Origin: Alphaproteobacteria bacterium
GTDB taxonomy: Bacteria > Pseudomonadota > Alphaproteobacteria > UBA828
NCBI GenBank assembly: GCA_965220745.1
Contig: CBDCQT010000010.1
Location: 96,001 to 160,000, forward strand
Reading direction: 5' to 3'
DNA length: 64,000 nt
In this document: piece after piece, positions 34,718-44,474 of the stretch
Position numbering within the stretch: the first letter of the stretch is position 1
Layout of the letters: every line of letters starts with the position of its first letter
Translations under genes and position numbers: made by a program
Notes under the pieces: model-generated
The model's database searches: none
The model's input: only the letters and a program-made list of their open reading frames with translations
What the model was told of the DNA's origin: nothing

Positions 34718-36181
34718 TTACCGGATGGCCCCAAGCGGCTCCACGAGCGTGAGCAGGGCTTGCGGGTAGAAGAAGAGCGCGGCCGTGCCGAGCGCCGCCA
34801 CGAGCGTCGCCGCGAGGATCGGCCAGGGCGCCTCGGCCCGGCCGGCCGCCACTGGCATCGGCGTGGCCGGGAAGAAGGCGCGAACGAGGATGGGCACGAA
34901 GTAGAGCGCGTTGAGCAAGGAGCTTGCGAGCAGCACCGCGATCACCGCGATGTGGCTGCCGTCGTCCGCGCCGGTCACCAGGTACCACTTGCTCCAGAGC
35001 GCGGCGAATGGCGGCAGGCCGATCAGGCCCAGCGCGCCCACGGCGAACGCGCCCATGGTGACGGGCATGCGGTAGCCGATGCCGTCCAGCTCGCTCACCA
35101 GCCGCTTGTGGGCAGCGGTGTAGATCGCGCCCGCGCAGAAGAAGAGCGTGATCTTGCCGAAGGCGTGGGTGGCGATGTGCATGGCACCGCCCACGACGCC
35201 GGCGCTGGTCGCGAGCGCGCCCCCCAGCACCACGTAGGAGAGCTGGCTCACGGTGGAATAGGCGAGGCGGCGCTTCAGGTCGTCCTGGCGCAGCGCGATC
35301 AGCGAGGCGATCACGATGGTCGCGGCGGCAACCGCGATGAGCCATTCGCTGCCCGCCATACCGCGCAGGAAATCGACGCCGAAGATGTAGACGATGACCT
35401 TGAGCACCGTGAACACGCCGGCCTTGACCACGGCGACCGCGTGCAGGAGCGCGCTCACCGGCGTCGGCGCGACCATCGCCGCCGGCAGCCAGGCGTGGAG
35501 CGGCATGAGCGCCGCCTTGCCGATGCCGAACATGTAGAGCACCAGCAGCACGGCGGCGGTGCGCTCGCTCACCGCACCCGCGAGGATCCCGCCCATCTTG
35601 AAGTCGAGCGTCCCGGCCTCGACCCAGGTCCAGAGGATCGCGAAGAGCTGCAGCACGATCGAGGTGGAGAGCAGGATGCCGAGGTACGTGCGGCCGGCGC
35701 GGCGCGCCTCCTCCGTGCCGCTGTGGGTCACCAGCGGATAGGTGGAGAGCGTCAGCGCCTCGTAGAAGAGGAACAGCGTGAACATGTTTCCGGCGAAGGC
35801 GACGCCGATGGCGCTCGCGAGCGCGGCCGCGAAGCAGACGTAGTAGCGGGTGCGGTGGCCCTCGTTGTTGGCGCGGACGTAGCCGATGGAATAGACGGTC
35901 GTCGCGATCCAGAGGAAGGACGCGATCAGCGCGAACAGCATGCCGAGGGGCTCGAGCGTGAAGGCGATGGGGAGCCCGCGCACAATGTCGAAGAGCGCGA
36001 CGCGTGGCGCCTCGCCCCCTGCCACCGCCGGTGCCAGCGAGAGCACGAGGCCGAAGAGCGCGACGGCGGTGACGACGGAGACCGCCTCCTGCAGCAGGGG
36101 CCTGCGCGCGGTCGCCCAGATCAGGAACGCGCCGGCGACGGGCACCGCGAGGGCTGCGAGGATTTGCGCGGCGTGGCTCAT
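34718..36181 (-). CDS. mrpD: Mrp antiporter subunit D-like
   Basis: 'KAALMPLHAWLPAAMVAPTPVSALLHAVAVVKAG', 'LKRRLAYSTVSQLSY'; ATGA overlap start at 36181. Confidence 0.85.
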   Translation of the reverse strand: MSHAAQILAALAVPVAGAFLIWATARRPLLQEAVSVVTAVALFGLVLSLAPAVAGGEAPRVALFDIVRGLPIAFTLEPLGMLFALIASFLWIATTVYSIGYVRANNEGHRTRYYVCFAAALASAIGVAFAGNMFTLFLFYEALTLSTYPLVTHSGTEEARRAGRTYLGILLSTSIVLQLFAILWTWVEAGTLDFKMGGILAGAVSERTAAVLLVLYMFGIGKAALMPLHAWLPAAMVAPTPVSALLHAVAVVKAGVFTVLKVIVYIFGVDFLRGMAGSEWLIAVAAATIVIASLIALRQDDLKRRLAYSTVSQLSYVVLGGALATSAGVVGGAMHIATHAFGKITLFFCAGAIYTAAHKRLVSELDGIGYRMPVTMGAFAVGALGLIGLPPFAALWSKWYLVTGADDGSHIAVIAVLLASSLLNALYFVPILVRAFFPATPMPVAAGRAEAPWPILAATLVAALGTAALFFYPQALLTLVEPLGAIR

Positions 36182-37659
36182 GGCGCGCCCGCCAGCAGCA
36201 CGGTCGCCGCACGCTCGGCGATGACGACGGTGAGGTCCGTGTGGAGCCCGAAGTAGACCGAGCCCCCGATCAGCGCCCAGGTCGAGAGCTGCATGGCCCA
36301 GGGCGCCTCGCGCACCGGCTCGGCATCGGGCGGGGCCGGGCGGAAGTACGCGGCCTCGACCACGCGGCCCACGTAGGCGAGCGCGATCAGCGAGCCAGCG
36401 AGCACGAAGAGCGCGACCGGCCAGAGCCCTTCCTCGAACGCCGCCTGCACCAGGTACCACTTGCTGACGAAGCCGGAGGTGATGGGGACGCCGACCAGGC
36501 CGAGGCCGCCGATCACGACGGCCGCCATGGTGAACGGCATGCGCCGGCCGAGGCCGTGCAGCGCGCTCAGATCGGTCGCGCCCAGGCGATAGGCGATGGT
36601 GCCGGCGGCGAGAAAGAGCCCGCCCTTCATCAGCGCGTGGTTGAAGACGTGGACCAGTGCGCCGGTGATGCCGGTCACCGAGGCGAGCCCGATGCCGACG
36701 CCGAGATAGCCGATCTGGCCCACGCTGGAGAACGCGAGCAGGCGCTTCAGGTCGCTCTGGAAGACGGCGACCAGCGAGCCCGCGAGTACGGCGATGAGCG
36801 AGAGCGCCAGTAGTATCTCGGTGAGCGGCAGGGTCTCGAAGGCGAAGTGGACGCCGAACACGGTGAAGACAAAGCGGAGCAGCATGTAGGCGCCGACCTT
36901 GGTCGCGGTCGCGGCGAGGAACGCGCTCACCATCGAGGGCGCGTAGGCATAGGCGTTGGGCAGCCAGACGTGGAAGGGGAAGAGCGCGAGCTTGATCAGC
37001 ACGCCGACGGTGATGAAGGCGAAGGCGGCGAGCACCGCCGGCGTCTCGCCGAGCGCCGGCACGCGCACGGCAAGGTCCGCGATGTTGAGGGTCCCGGTCT
37101 TGGCGTAGAGGAAGCCGATGCCGATCAGGATCAGCGAGGCGCCGATGGTGCCGATGATGAGGTACTGGTAGGAGGCCGTGAGCGCCCGCCGGCGCTTGCC
37201 TTGCGCGATGAGCACGTAGCTCGCGAGCGAGGAGATTTCGAGAAAGACGTAGATGTTGAAGACGTCGCCCGTCGCGGTGATGCCGAGCAGGCCGGTGAGC
37301 GCCAGCAGAAAGATCGCGTAGAAGAGATGCCGGCGCTCGGGCCGGACCTCCTGCTCCACGCTCGCCCGCGCGTAAGGCATCATCAGCGCGGCGGTGCCCG
37401 CGAGGATCAGCAGGACGAAGGCGTTGACGCCATCTAGCCGGTACTCGATGCCGATGGGCGGCGCCCAGCCGCCGAGGCGGTAGGAGATCGTGCCGCCGCT
37501 CGTCACCTGGTCGAGCAGCAGCGCCGCGATGGCGAGCAGCCCCCAGCAGATGACGGTGGTGAAGGCCCAGGCGTAGTTCCCGCGCCGCAGCAGCACGCAG
37601 ACCGGCGCCGCGATCAGCGGCACAGCCACCTGGAGCACCGGCAGATGAGTCGCGATCAT
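36178..37659 (-). CDS. mrpD: Mrp antiporter subunit D-like
   Basis: 'GWAPPIGIE', 'FNIYVFLEI', 'KLALFPFHVWLPNAY', 'HALMKGGLF'. Confidence 0.87.
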   Translation of the reverse strand: MIATHLPVLQVAVPLIAAPVCVLLRRGNYAWAFTTVICWGLLAIAALLLDQVTSGGTISYRLGGWAPPIGIEYRLDGVNAFVLLILAGTAALMMPYARASVEQEVRPERRHLFYAIFLLALTGLLGITATGDVFNIYVFLEISSLASYVLIAQGKRRRALTASYQYLIIGTIGASLILIGIGFLYAKTGTLNIADLAVRVPALGETPAVLAAFAFITVGVLIKLALFPFHVWLPNAYAYAPSMVSAFLAATATKVGAYMLLRFVFTVFGVHFAFETLPLTEILLALSLIAVLAGSLVAVFQSDLKRLLAFSSVGQIGYLGVGIGLASVTGITGALVHVFNHALMKGGLFLAAGTIAYRLGATDLSALHGLGRRMPFTMAAVVIGGLGLVGVPITSGFVSKWYLVQAAFEEGLWPVALFVLAGSLIALAYVGRVVEAAYFRPAPPDAEPVREAPWAMQLSTWALIGGSVYFGLHTDLTVVIAERAATVLLAGAP

Positions 37660-38006
37660 CGCCGATCCTGCTCGTCGATCTCGTCCTCTTCGACGGTCCC
37701 GTAGTCACGCTTGATCGCCACAGTGAGCGCGAGCCCGACCGCGAGAGTCGAGACGGCCACGACGATGGCGGTCAGGATCAGCACGTGGGGGAGCGGGTTG
37801 GAATAGACCGTGTGGGCGGCATCGATGATCGGCGCGGTGCCGCCTTCGACCTTCCCCGCCGTGATGTAGATCAGGAAGATCGCGGACTGGAAGATGCCAA
37901 GGCCGATCAGCTTCTTGATGAGGTTGGAGGGCGCAATGATGGCGTAAAGGCCGATCATCGCCAGCACGATCGCGGCCCAGTAGTTGACGTGTGAGAGGGC
38001 CTCCAC
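37656..38006 (-). CDS. mrpC: Mrp antiporter subunit C
   Basis: 'NLIKKLIGL', 'NPLPHVLILTAIVV'. Confidence 0.9.
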   Translation of the reverse strand: MEALSHVNYWAAIVLAMIGLYAIIAPSNLIKKLIGLGIFQSAIFLIYITAGKVEGGTAPIIDAAHTVYSNPLPHVLILTAIVVAVSTLAVGLALTVAIKRDYGTVEEDEIDEQDRR

Positions 38007-38007
38007 C

Positions 38008-38421
38008 TCAGCGCCACTCGGCCAGGACGGAGAAGATGATGGTCATCACGGAAGCGACCGCGATGCCGACGCCGATCTCTATGATGATGATGCCGACGTG
38101 ATTGCCATGCGTGGCATCGGCGGAGAGCGCGCCGTATTCCAGGAAGCCCCCGCCGCCAATCATGCTGGCGACGCCGACGCCCGCGTAGAGCAGCACCCCG
38201 AGGCAGGCGAGCACCACGAGGAGGCGCGGGGGCGCCACGGCGCGCACCGCCTCCGTCCCGAAGACGAGGCCGTAGAGAACGAGGCCGGCCCCGAAGATCA
38301 CGCCCGCCTGAAAGCCGCCCCCCGGCCCGTAGTCGCCGTGCATCTGCACGTAGAGCGCAAACAGCAGGATTGGGGGAATCAGCAGCTTCGAGATCACGCG
38401 CAGGACGAGATGCTCCGTCAT
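38008..38421 (-). CDS. mrpB: Mrp antiporter subunit B
   Basis: 'HGDYGPGGGFQAG'. Confidence 0.9.
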   Translation of the reverse strand: MTEHLVLRVISKLLIPPILLFALYVQMHGDYGPGGGFQAGVIFGAGLVLYGLVFGTEAVRAVAPPRLLVVLACLGVLLYAGVGVASMIGGGGFLEYGALSADATHGNHVGIIIIEIGVGIAVASVMTIIFSVLAEWR

Positions 38422-38990
38422 TCGCGGTCCCCCGCGTCGGCATCATCGCTGTCTTCGGCACGGCGGCGGCGGCGCGTGATGCCCAGCATCAGCAGAACAC
38501 CGATGCCTGCGGTGAAGATCACCGTGACCTCGCCCAGCGTGTCGAAGCCCCGATAGGAGGCCAGCACCGCGGTGACGATGTTGGGAACGCCGGTCTCCGC
38601 CTCGCCCTGCTCGATATAGTGGGGCCCGACATGCTGCTGCGCGGGCGCTTGCGGGTCGCCGAAGGCCGGTAGATCGAGTGTGCCGTAGATCAGCAGCCCG
38701 CCGACGGCGAGCGAGGCCAGGATCGGGAGCCACGGCCGGCGATGCGCGATCCTCTCGTGCCGGCCGGTGGCGGCGATGGCGAGCAGCATGAAGACGGTGG
38801 TCACGCCGGCGCCGACAGCGGCCTCGGTGAAAGCCACGTCGACGGCGTCGAGCACGACCCAGAGCGCGGCCATAACCAGGCTGTAGATGCCGAGCACGAG
38901 CGCGGCCGCCAGCAGATTGCGCAGCGAGACCACGACGAGCGCGGCTGCGACCAGCAGGACCAGAAGCAGAATATCGACGTAGATATCTAT
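38418..38990 (-). CDS. Mrp subunit B-like N-terminal module (DUF4040 type)
   Basis: 'DAVDVAFTEAAVGAG', 'NIVTAVLASYRGFDTLGE'; the first TM helix requires an upstream ATA start at 38990. Confidence 0.8.
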   Translation of the reverse strand: MDIYVDILLLVLLVAAALVVVSLRNLLAAALVLGIYSLVMAALWVVLDAVDVAFTEAAVGAGVTTVFMLLAIAATGRHERIAHRRPWLPILASLAVGGLLIYGTLDLPAFGDPQAPAQQHVGPHYIEQGEAETGVPNIVTAVLASYRGFDTLGEVTVIFTAGIGVLLMLGITRRRRRAEDSDDADAGDRE

Positions 38991-39304
38991 GGCGCGGGGT
39001 CCTTTGGCTTCCGGGTCCAGGGCCGGATTCCGTCAAGTAGCGCCGCGTGGGCCAGCGCGTGCGAGGCGGTCGGCGCGGTGAACACCAGGAATACGAAGAT
39101 CAGCACGAGCTTGAGCGCGTTGAGCGAGAGGCCGGCCTGAAACATGAACCCGAGCAGAATGAAGCCCGCGCCGGCTGTATCGGCAACGCTCGACGCATGG
39201 AGCCGCGTGAAGACGTCCGGCATGCGTACCAGCCCGAGCCCGCCGACCAGGATGAAGGCCGCGCCGATGCCGATGCTGATCCAGCTCAGGATATCGACGA
39301 TCAC
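38987..39304 (-). CDS. mrpG: Mrp antiporter subunit G
   Basis: 'GLVRMPDVFTRLHA', 'TAPTASHALA'. Confidence 0.9.
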   Translation of the reverse strand: MIVDILSWISIGIGAAFILVGGLGLVRMPDVFTRLHASSVADTAGAGFILLGFMFQAGLSLNALKLVLIFVFLVFTAPTASHALAHAALLDGIRPWTRKPKDPAP

Positions 39305-39603
39305 GGCGCGCCCTCCGTGCCCCCGGCGCTCTCCGCGTCCTCCGCGTCACGCGCGCGCCTGCGCTTGATGTAGCGCAGCACTGCGATGGTGCCGATGAAG
39401 TTGATCAGCGCGTAGACAAGCGCGATGTCCAGAAACTCCGGCCGGCCCATGAGGAAGCCCACGGCTGCGATCAGCAGCACGGTCATGGTGCCGATCGCGT
39501 TCACGGCGACCACCCGGTCGTAGACCGTGGGCCCCAGGTACGCACGGATCAGCGCCAGGAGGACGGTCACCACGAGCGCGGCGACGGCGGCGAGGGACAT
39601 CAT
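39301..39603 (-). CDS. mrpF: Mrp antiporter subunit F
   Basis: 'GPTVYDRVVA', 'LDIALVYALINFIGT'. Confidence 0.9.
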   Translation of the reverse strand: MMSLAAVAALVVTVLLALIRAYLGPTVYDRVVAVNAIGTMTVLLIAAVGFLMGRPEFLDIALVYALINFIGTIAVLRYIKRRRARDAEDAESAGGTEGAP

Positions 39604-40076
39604 GACTCGCCCTCCACCGCCGTGACGCGCCGGTCCATGCCGCCCTGCTTCAGCTCGTCCATGCCGCGCCGGGTGAGCGCGTGGACCTCGATGCCGTCTT
39701 CGGTCACGGACGTGGAGAGCGTGCCGGGCGTGAGCGTGATGGAGTTGGCGTAGATCACCTTGCCGAGGTCCGACTTCTGGCTCGACGGCACGGTCTCCAG
39801 CACCGGGTCGATGCGCAGGCGGGGCGACAGCACGATGCGAGTGACCGTCAACGCCGAAAGCAGGATCTGGATCGTCAGCCAGCACCAGTAGAGGGGGATG
39901 CGATAGCCGAGATGGATGGGGTGCCCCTCGTGGTCCACCACGTCCATGCGCAACGCCACCGCCACCGCAAACGCCGTGCAGGCGGCGCCGATGGCGAGCA
40001 GAAAGGGCGTGTAATGACCGGACAGTGCGAGCCAGAGCCCGTAAAGGCCGACGAACAGACTGAGCGCGTGACGCAC
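39600..40076 (-). CDS. mrpE: Mrp antiporter subunit E
   Basis: 'WLALSG', 'YANSITLTPGT', 'VHAL'. Confidence 0.9.
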   Translation of the reverse strand: MRHALSLFVGLYGLWLALSGHYTPFLLAIGAACTAFAVAVALRMDVVDHEGHPIHLGYRIPLYWCWLTIQILLSALTVTRIVLSPRLRIDPVLETVPSSQKSDLGKVIYANSITLTPGTLSTSVTEDGIEVHALTRRGMDELKQGGMDRRVTAVEGES

Positions 40077-40444
40077 GCGAATCCCTCGTGCGGAGCCGGG
40101 AGCGCCCGGATTATGCCCCTAGGGCGGCAGCCCGCAACAAGGAATGGCCCCAACCGTTGCTCGGCAGGTCGGTGCGCTAGCTCCAGTCCCGATTCTCGGA
40201 GACGTGAGCCCCCTCCGCCCAACCGGGCCGCAACGCGGCCCGGACGGCGCGACCGCGCCGCGCGCACAGCGCGTAGCCAAGCGAGCGGAGCGAGCGTCCG
40301 TTCCTATGGGTTCTTGACTATTCCACGCTGTTCCAATATAGAGTGTAATAACAGCGGTTTAGGTAGAACATTGGTCTCTTGCGTTCCAGTCCGTTTTCAC
40401 CCATTCTTGGTCTAGTCGTGGGACGTAATGTGGGTGGAAAGATC

Positions 40445-41641
40445 ATGGGATTGTATGGTGCCGCCGCCTCGAATGCCGCCAGACCAGGACGCCTCAACGC
40501 CGCCTTCGTCCGAACCGTCAGTCGACCGGGCGTCTATGGCGATCAACACGGCCTGAGGCTGCGAGTCTACAAGTCGCGAAAACGGGCGTCGATCTCCAAG
40601 CAATGGATCTGGCGCGGAACCGTCAATGGAACCCGCCGCGATATCGGGCTCGGCGGCTTCCCCTACGTCACCCTGGCCGAAGCACGGCAGACCGCCTTCG
40701 AGTACCGCAAGATCTCGAAGGCCGGCGGCGATCCGAAGGCCCTCAGGCGCAGGCCCGAAGTGCCAACCTTCGCGCAGGCAGCCGAGACCGTGATCGCCAT
40801 CCACCGCGAAGGCTGGAAGGACAGCGGCAAGAGCGAGATGCAGTGGAGGGCAAGCCTCAGGGACTACGCCATGCCGAAGCTCGGCCGCAAGGGCGTCGAC
40901 GAGATTACGACCGCAGACGTGATGGCGGTGCTCATTCCGCACTGGCACACCAAGACCGAGACCATGCGCCGCGTGCGCCAGCGCATCGGGGCGGTGATGA
41001 AGTGGGCCGTGGCGCAGGGCCATCGGGGCGACAATCCCGCCGGCGATGCCATCGCCGCGGCACTGCCCAAGGGCGGCAGCGTGCGCCAGCATCAGCGCGC
41101 CTTGCCCTTCCGGGAGGTCGGGGCCGCGCTCGCCAGGGTGAGGACATCGGATGCGTACCGTTCTGCGGTGCTCGCCTTCGAGTTTCTGGTGCTGACGGCA
41201 TGCCGGTCCGGGGAGGTACGGTTCGCGACATGGGACGAGATCGATTTCGCATCGGCGACGTGGACGATACCGGCGCAGCGGATGAAGGCGAGGCGTGAGC
41301 ATCGTGTTCCGCTGTCTGCGCGAGCGCTGGAGATTCTTCGCGAGGCGCGCGCGTTGGCAGACGGCTCCGAACTGATCTTTCCGTCGCAGCGCGCTCGCGC
41401 GATCCACGGCGGCACGGTCTCCAGGCTCATCCGGGAGCTAGGGATCGATGCGGTGCCGCACGGGTTCCGGTCGTCCTTTCGGGACTGGGCGGCGGAGTGC
41501 ACCGATGTGCCTCGCGAGGTTTGCGAGCTCGCCCTTGCGCATGTGAACTCTGACCGGGTGGAGGCCGCCTATCGGCGGACTGACCTCTTTGACCGCAGGC
41601 GGGCGCTCATGGAGCAATGGTCGGAATTCGTCGTCGGGTGA
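40445..41641 (+). CDS. P4-like tyrosine integrase with arm-binding domain
   Basis: 'GLGGFPYVTLAEAR', 'LTACRSGE', 'HRVPLS', 'HGFRSSFRDW', 'LAH...AAYRR'. Confidence 0.95.
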   Translation: MGLYGAAASNAARPGRLNAAFVRTVSRPGVYGDQHGLRLRVYKSRKRASISKQWIWRGTVNGTRRDIGLGGFPYVTLAEARQTAFEYRKISKAGGDPKALRRRPEVPTFAQAAETVIAIHREGWKDSGKSEMQWRASLRDYAMPKLGRKGVDEITTADVMAVLIPHWHTKTETMRRVRQRIGAVMKWAVAQGHRGDNPAGDAIAAALPKGGSVRQHQRALPFREVGAALARVRTSDAYRSAVLAFEFLVLTACRSGEVRFATWDEIDFASATWTIPAQRMKARREHRVPLSARALEILREARALADGSELIFPSQRARAIHGGTVSRLIRELGIDAVPHGFRSSFRDWAAECTDVPREVCELALAHVNSDRVEAAYRRTDLFDRRRALMEQWSEFVVG

Positions 41642-41691
41642 TTGGTCGAGGAGCGACAAGTGCACTCATGCCGCGGCAGACGCCAAAGCGG

Positions 41692-41870
41692 TTACAGGGT
41701 CGCGGGTGTGTCGATGCCGGCTGCATTGGCCGCTGCGGCGAGCGCACGGTCCGACCGGGCCAACGGAAGTCTCATGCGCAGCGCGAGTTCCAAGTAGGTG
41801 GCGTCATAGACGGACAGGTCATAGCGATCGGCAAGAGCAAGCGCCGAACCCCAAACTCGCGACAGTGACA
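41692..41870 (-). pseudogene. VapC/PIN-domain toxin C-terminal fragment
   Basis: Hand translation SRVWGSALALADRYDLSVYDATYLELALRMRLPLARSDRALAAAA; in-frame stop upstream and no N-terminal half. Confidence 0.75.
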
Positions 41871-42463
41871 ACTGGATCCTTGGCGTCTGGATTTGAAAAT
41901 TACTACGAGGCCTTCTCAGGCCTCAGAGAACAGTGATTCGACTTTTGCAGTCGCGATCGAAGCACACCCCTCGATCTGTACCGGAAGGCATGCAATGAGG
42001 TGTTTGTGGAGTGCCTGACGTTTCGTTTCAGGCGCAGAAGGCCGAGGTGGTCACCATCAGCACCCGATTGACCCGACTCTTTAGACCGCGGTAAGTTCCC
42101 CTCAGACGCGAAACAAGCGTCTTTGCCGGGGTGCCCGCTTCTCCAAAATGCGATTCGAGGCTGTTGCGGACGTGCTGCTGCAGCACCATGCACAGCATGG
42201 GGGCAGGTGGCCTTCCGTTCCAGTGGCGGCTCGACAATGACCGCAGAATCAGTCCGCATTTCCGGTATCGGCTATACCCCAATCACGAGCAGCATAACAT
42301 TGCGGAGGCCGATCCTGGTCGCCGACAGGGAGGACGACCGGACCTATGCCGAGCGAGTATTCGACGAGGCGAAGCGGCTGATCGAAGAGTACGGCTTCAG
42401 GCTCCAGGTTGCGCCGGGATGAAGCGGAGAGCGTTTCAATGATCAGCACGAAAGGAGAGAGCA

Positions 42464-42976
42464 ATGCCACGTATCGTCAATTTCCCTCCTGAATTGCTCA
42501 TGGAACATGAAGACTGGCACCATGGAGGTCGCACCGTCAGGCAGGGGGCATCAGGCTCAGGCGAAGAGTTCCTGAACTGGCACAGCCGCTATATCGAGCT
42601 GTTCAAGGCTTGGGTGGATGCGCTGCCCGAGCATGAACGGCCAGACCCCACGACTATTGCGCCATGGACAGAGATCCCTGCTATTCTGAAGACGGTCGCG
42701 CTCGGATGGGCGAAATGGCACTCAGATGCCGAACAGCGCCTGCAGAACATGGCTAATTTCGGCACGCATGATGAGCTGGGGAGGTTTATCGAAGGTGGGC
42801 TGCACAATCGATATCTTCATGGTGCAGCGGCCCAAGCGTTCGGAGAACTTGACATAGCAGACCCAGCGAAGGCACCAAGCAGTACTTACTTCTGGCAGAT
42901 GCACGGGCTCATCGAGCGCTGGAGTCAAGAATGGCTGAGAACTCAGGGCAGCCTCAGCGTAACAACGGAGAGCTAG
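42464..42976 (+). CDS. Small tyrosinase-like (type-3 dicopper) protein
   Basis: 'HEDWH', 'FLNWHSRYI', 'HNRYLH', 'FWQMHGLIERW'; AAGGAG RBS. Confidence 0.7.
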   Translation: MPRIVNFPPELLMEHEDWHHGGRTVRQGASGSGEEFLNWHSRYIELFKAWVDALPEHERPDPTTIAPWTEIPAILKTVALGWAKWHSDAEQRLQNMANFGTHDELGRFIEGGLHNRYLHGAAAQAFGELDIADPAKAPSSTYFWQMHGLIERWSQEWLRTQGSLSVTTES

Positions 42977-43091
42977 TGTGCCGAGCAGCAGGGCGGTCAG
43001 CTACGTTGCGGCGGCGCTGGCCACCCCTTAGCGGGCCAATGAGCAATACCAGATTTCAAACTGACCCGCGATCCAGTTTGAGGGAAAGCCC

Positions 43092-43280
43092 ATGAGCTAC
43101 AAAGTCAGCATCGCTGAGCTTCAGACTCTCATCCGTACAACCCAGAGTGGTGAGAATCAAACGGCCTCCGCCGTTGCCATAGTCGGTACCGCAATAGCCG
43201 AGCGCCTTGAGGCGATCGAAAGGCAGCTAATGCAGTTACGCCAGGAACATATGCAGCCAAAGGGACCACCAGGAAGGTAA
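43092..43280 (+). CDS. Small hypothetical protein
   Basis: GAGGG RBS, 62 aa, helical/coiled-coil composition. Confidence 0.5.
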   Translation: MSYKVSIAELQTLIRTTQSGENQTASAVAIVGTAIAERLEAIERQLMQLRQEHMQPKGPPGR

Positions 43281-43324
43281 TGAGAAAGGCGGATTAGCCG
43301 CAGACGTGCGGGGCGTTTCGCCTT

Positions 43325-43730
43325 TAAGACCGCGCCGCTCGACAGCCCGTTGTCGGCAGTCAGCTCTCCGTAACGCAGCCGCTTCCCAATCGCGTCATCG
43401 GCGACAGCCCCATGACGATGACGTCGCGCTCCCGCATGTTGTGCCGGCCCGCGAATTCCCGAACGTAACGGTCCATGTGCTGAGGGCTGATCTTGTGGAA
43501 TGTGCCGACGTAGTCCCGCTTCAACATGCTCCAGAGGCTCTCGACCCCGTTGGTCGATACGCCATCGTGCCGGAAGTGTTCGCCCATTGTGGTTCACGCT
43601 TTCGCGGTTGGGAATGCTTCGGTAGGGCGTGCCCTCATCCGTGTCCTCATCCGTGTAGATGGTGGCCCCTGTCGCAGCGTGGGCGCCGATGAATGCGGTC
43701 AAGGTCTCTCTGTCCGCCGCCTCGATCGCT
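43325..43730 (-). pseudogene. IS1595 (ISXO2-like) transposase C-terminal remnant, frameshifted
   Basis: 'ATIYTDE...ESVNH', 'STNGVESLWSMLKR...GTFHKISPQHMDRYVREFAGRHN', 'KRLRYGEL' spread over different frames. Confidence 0.82.
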
Positions 43731-43744
43731 GGCAGCGCAGATAT

Positions 43745-43864
43745 CTGCCGGCGCGCGCGTGCTGATTGCGAAGTTCCCCGATCTCGGTTTCGCCGATACC
43801 GGCGCGCTCGGCGAGCAGACGCTCGATCACCTGCGGCCGGGCGCGGAAGGACGCGGCCTGCTTC
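43745..43864 (-). repeat. Diverged fragment of traA (matches about 53925-54044)
   Basis: KQAASFRARPQVIERLLAERAGIGETEIGELRNQH versus KQAASFRARPQVFERLLAERAGIGEGELEKLRNQH. Confidence 0.85.
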
Positions 43865-44474
43865 CTGCGCCGGGGATGGCGTAGTTCGTCATCCAGCGCA
43901 CACAGGACCGGTCCGAGCCCGAGACTATGAGGCGGTGAAGCACCGCGATGAAGACGGCCCGCTCGACCTCGAAGCAGAAGCCGCGCCCGGCAATAAGCGC
44001 GGACACCGCAACCCGACAGCCGGTCTCCTCCCACAGCCGACCGAACAGCAAAGGCGCGCCGATGCGGCGCACCTCGAAGCGCGCATCGCCCTCCTCGATG
44101 GCACGCAGCATCAGGGAGCGTTCGCCGAAGCGGCCGATGGAGGCGATCAGCCTGTCCAGCGCGCCCGAGGCGAGAACCGCTTCCTTGCGCCCGAGATTGC
44201 GGATGATGCGCTGCTTGGTGCGTTCCTTCTTGCAAAATCTGGCCGCATTTGACCGCAGTTCTGAATTTATCTGACCGCGATTCTGATTTTATTTGACCGC
44301 CGTTCTGGCGACATCTGACCGCGATTCCGGCGGGACTTGACCGTCGGAGGCCGGGTCCGAGGCCCGGTCCGATCGCCCTGCGGGCGCCACCGACATCCAT
44401 GTTTCCGGACGCGCCGATCCTCTCCCGGCTCAGCCTCATCGATCCACCGATCGACTCGAGGAGGCGGGCCCCCA

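Noticed and set aside
40077-40300. tRNA or att site next to the integrase (CGAATCCCTC, GAGCCCCTCCGCC)
   Set aside because: No cloverleaf can be built and no second att copy is in the window
41900-42422. Possible degraded gene between the vapC fragment and the copper protein
   Set aside because: Only the last 60 or so codons look protein-like; no family can be assigned
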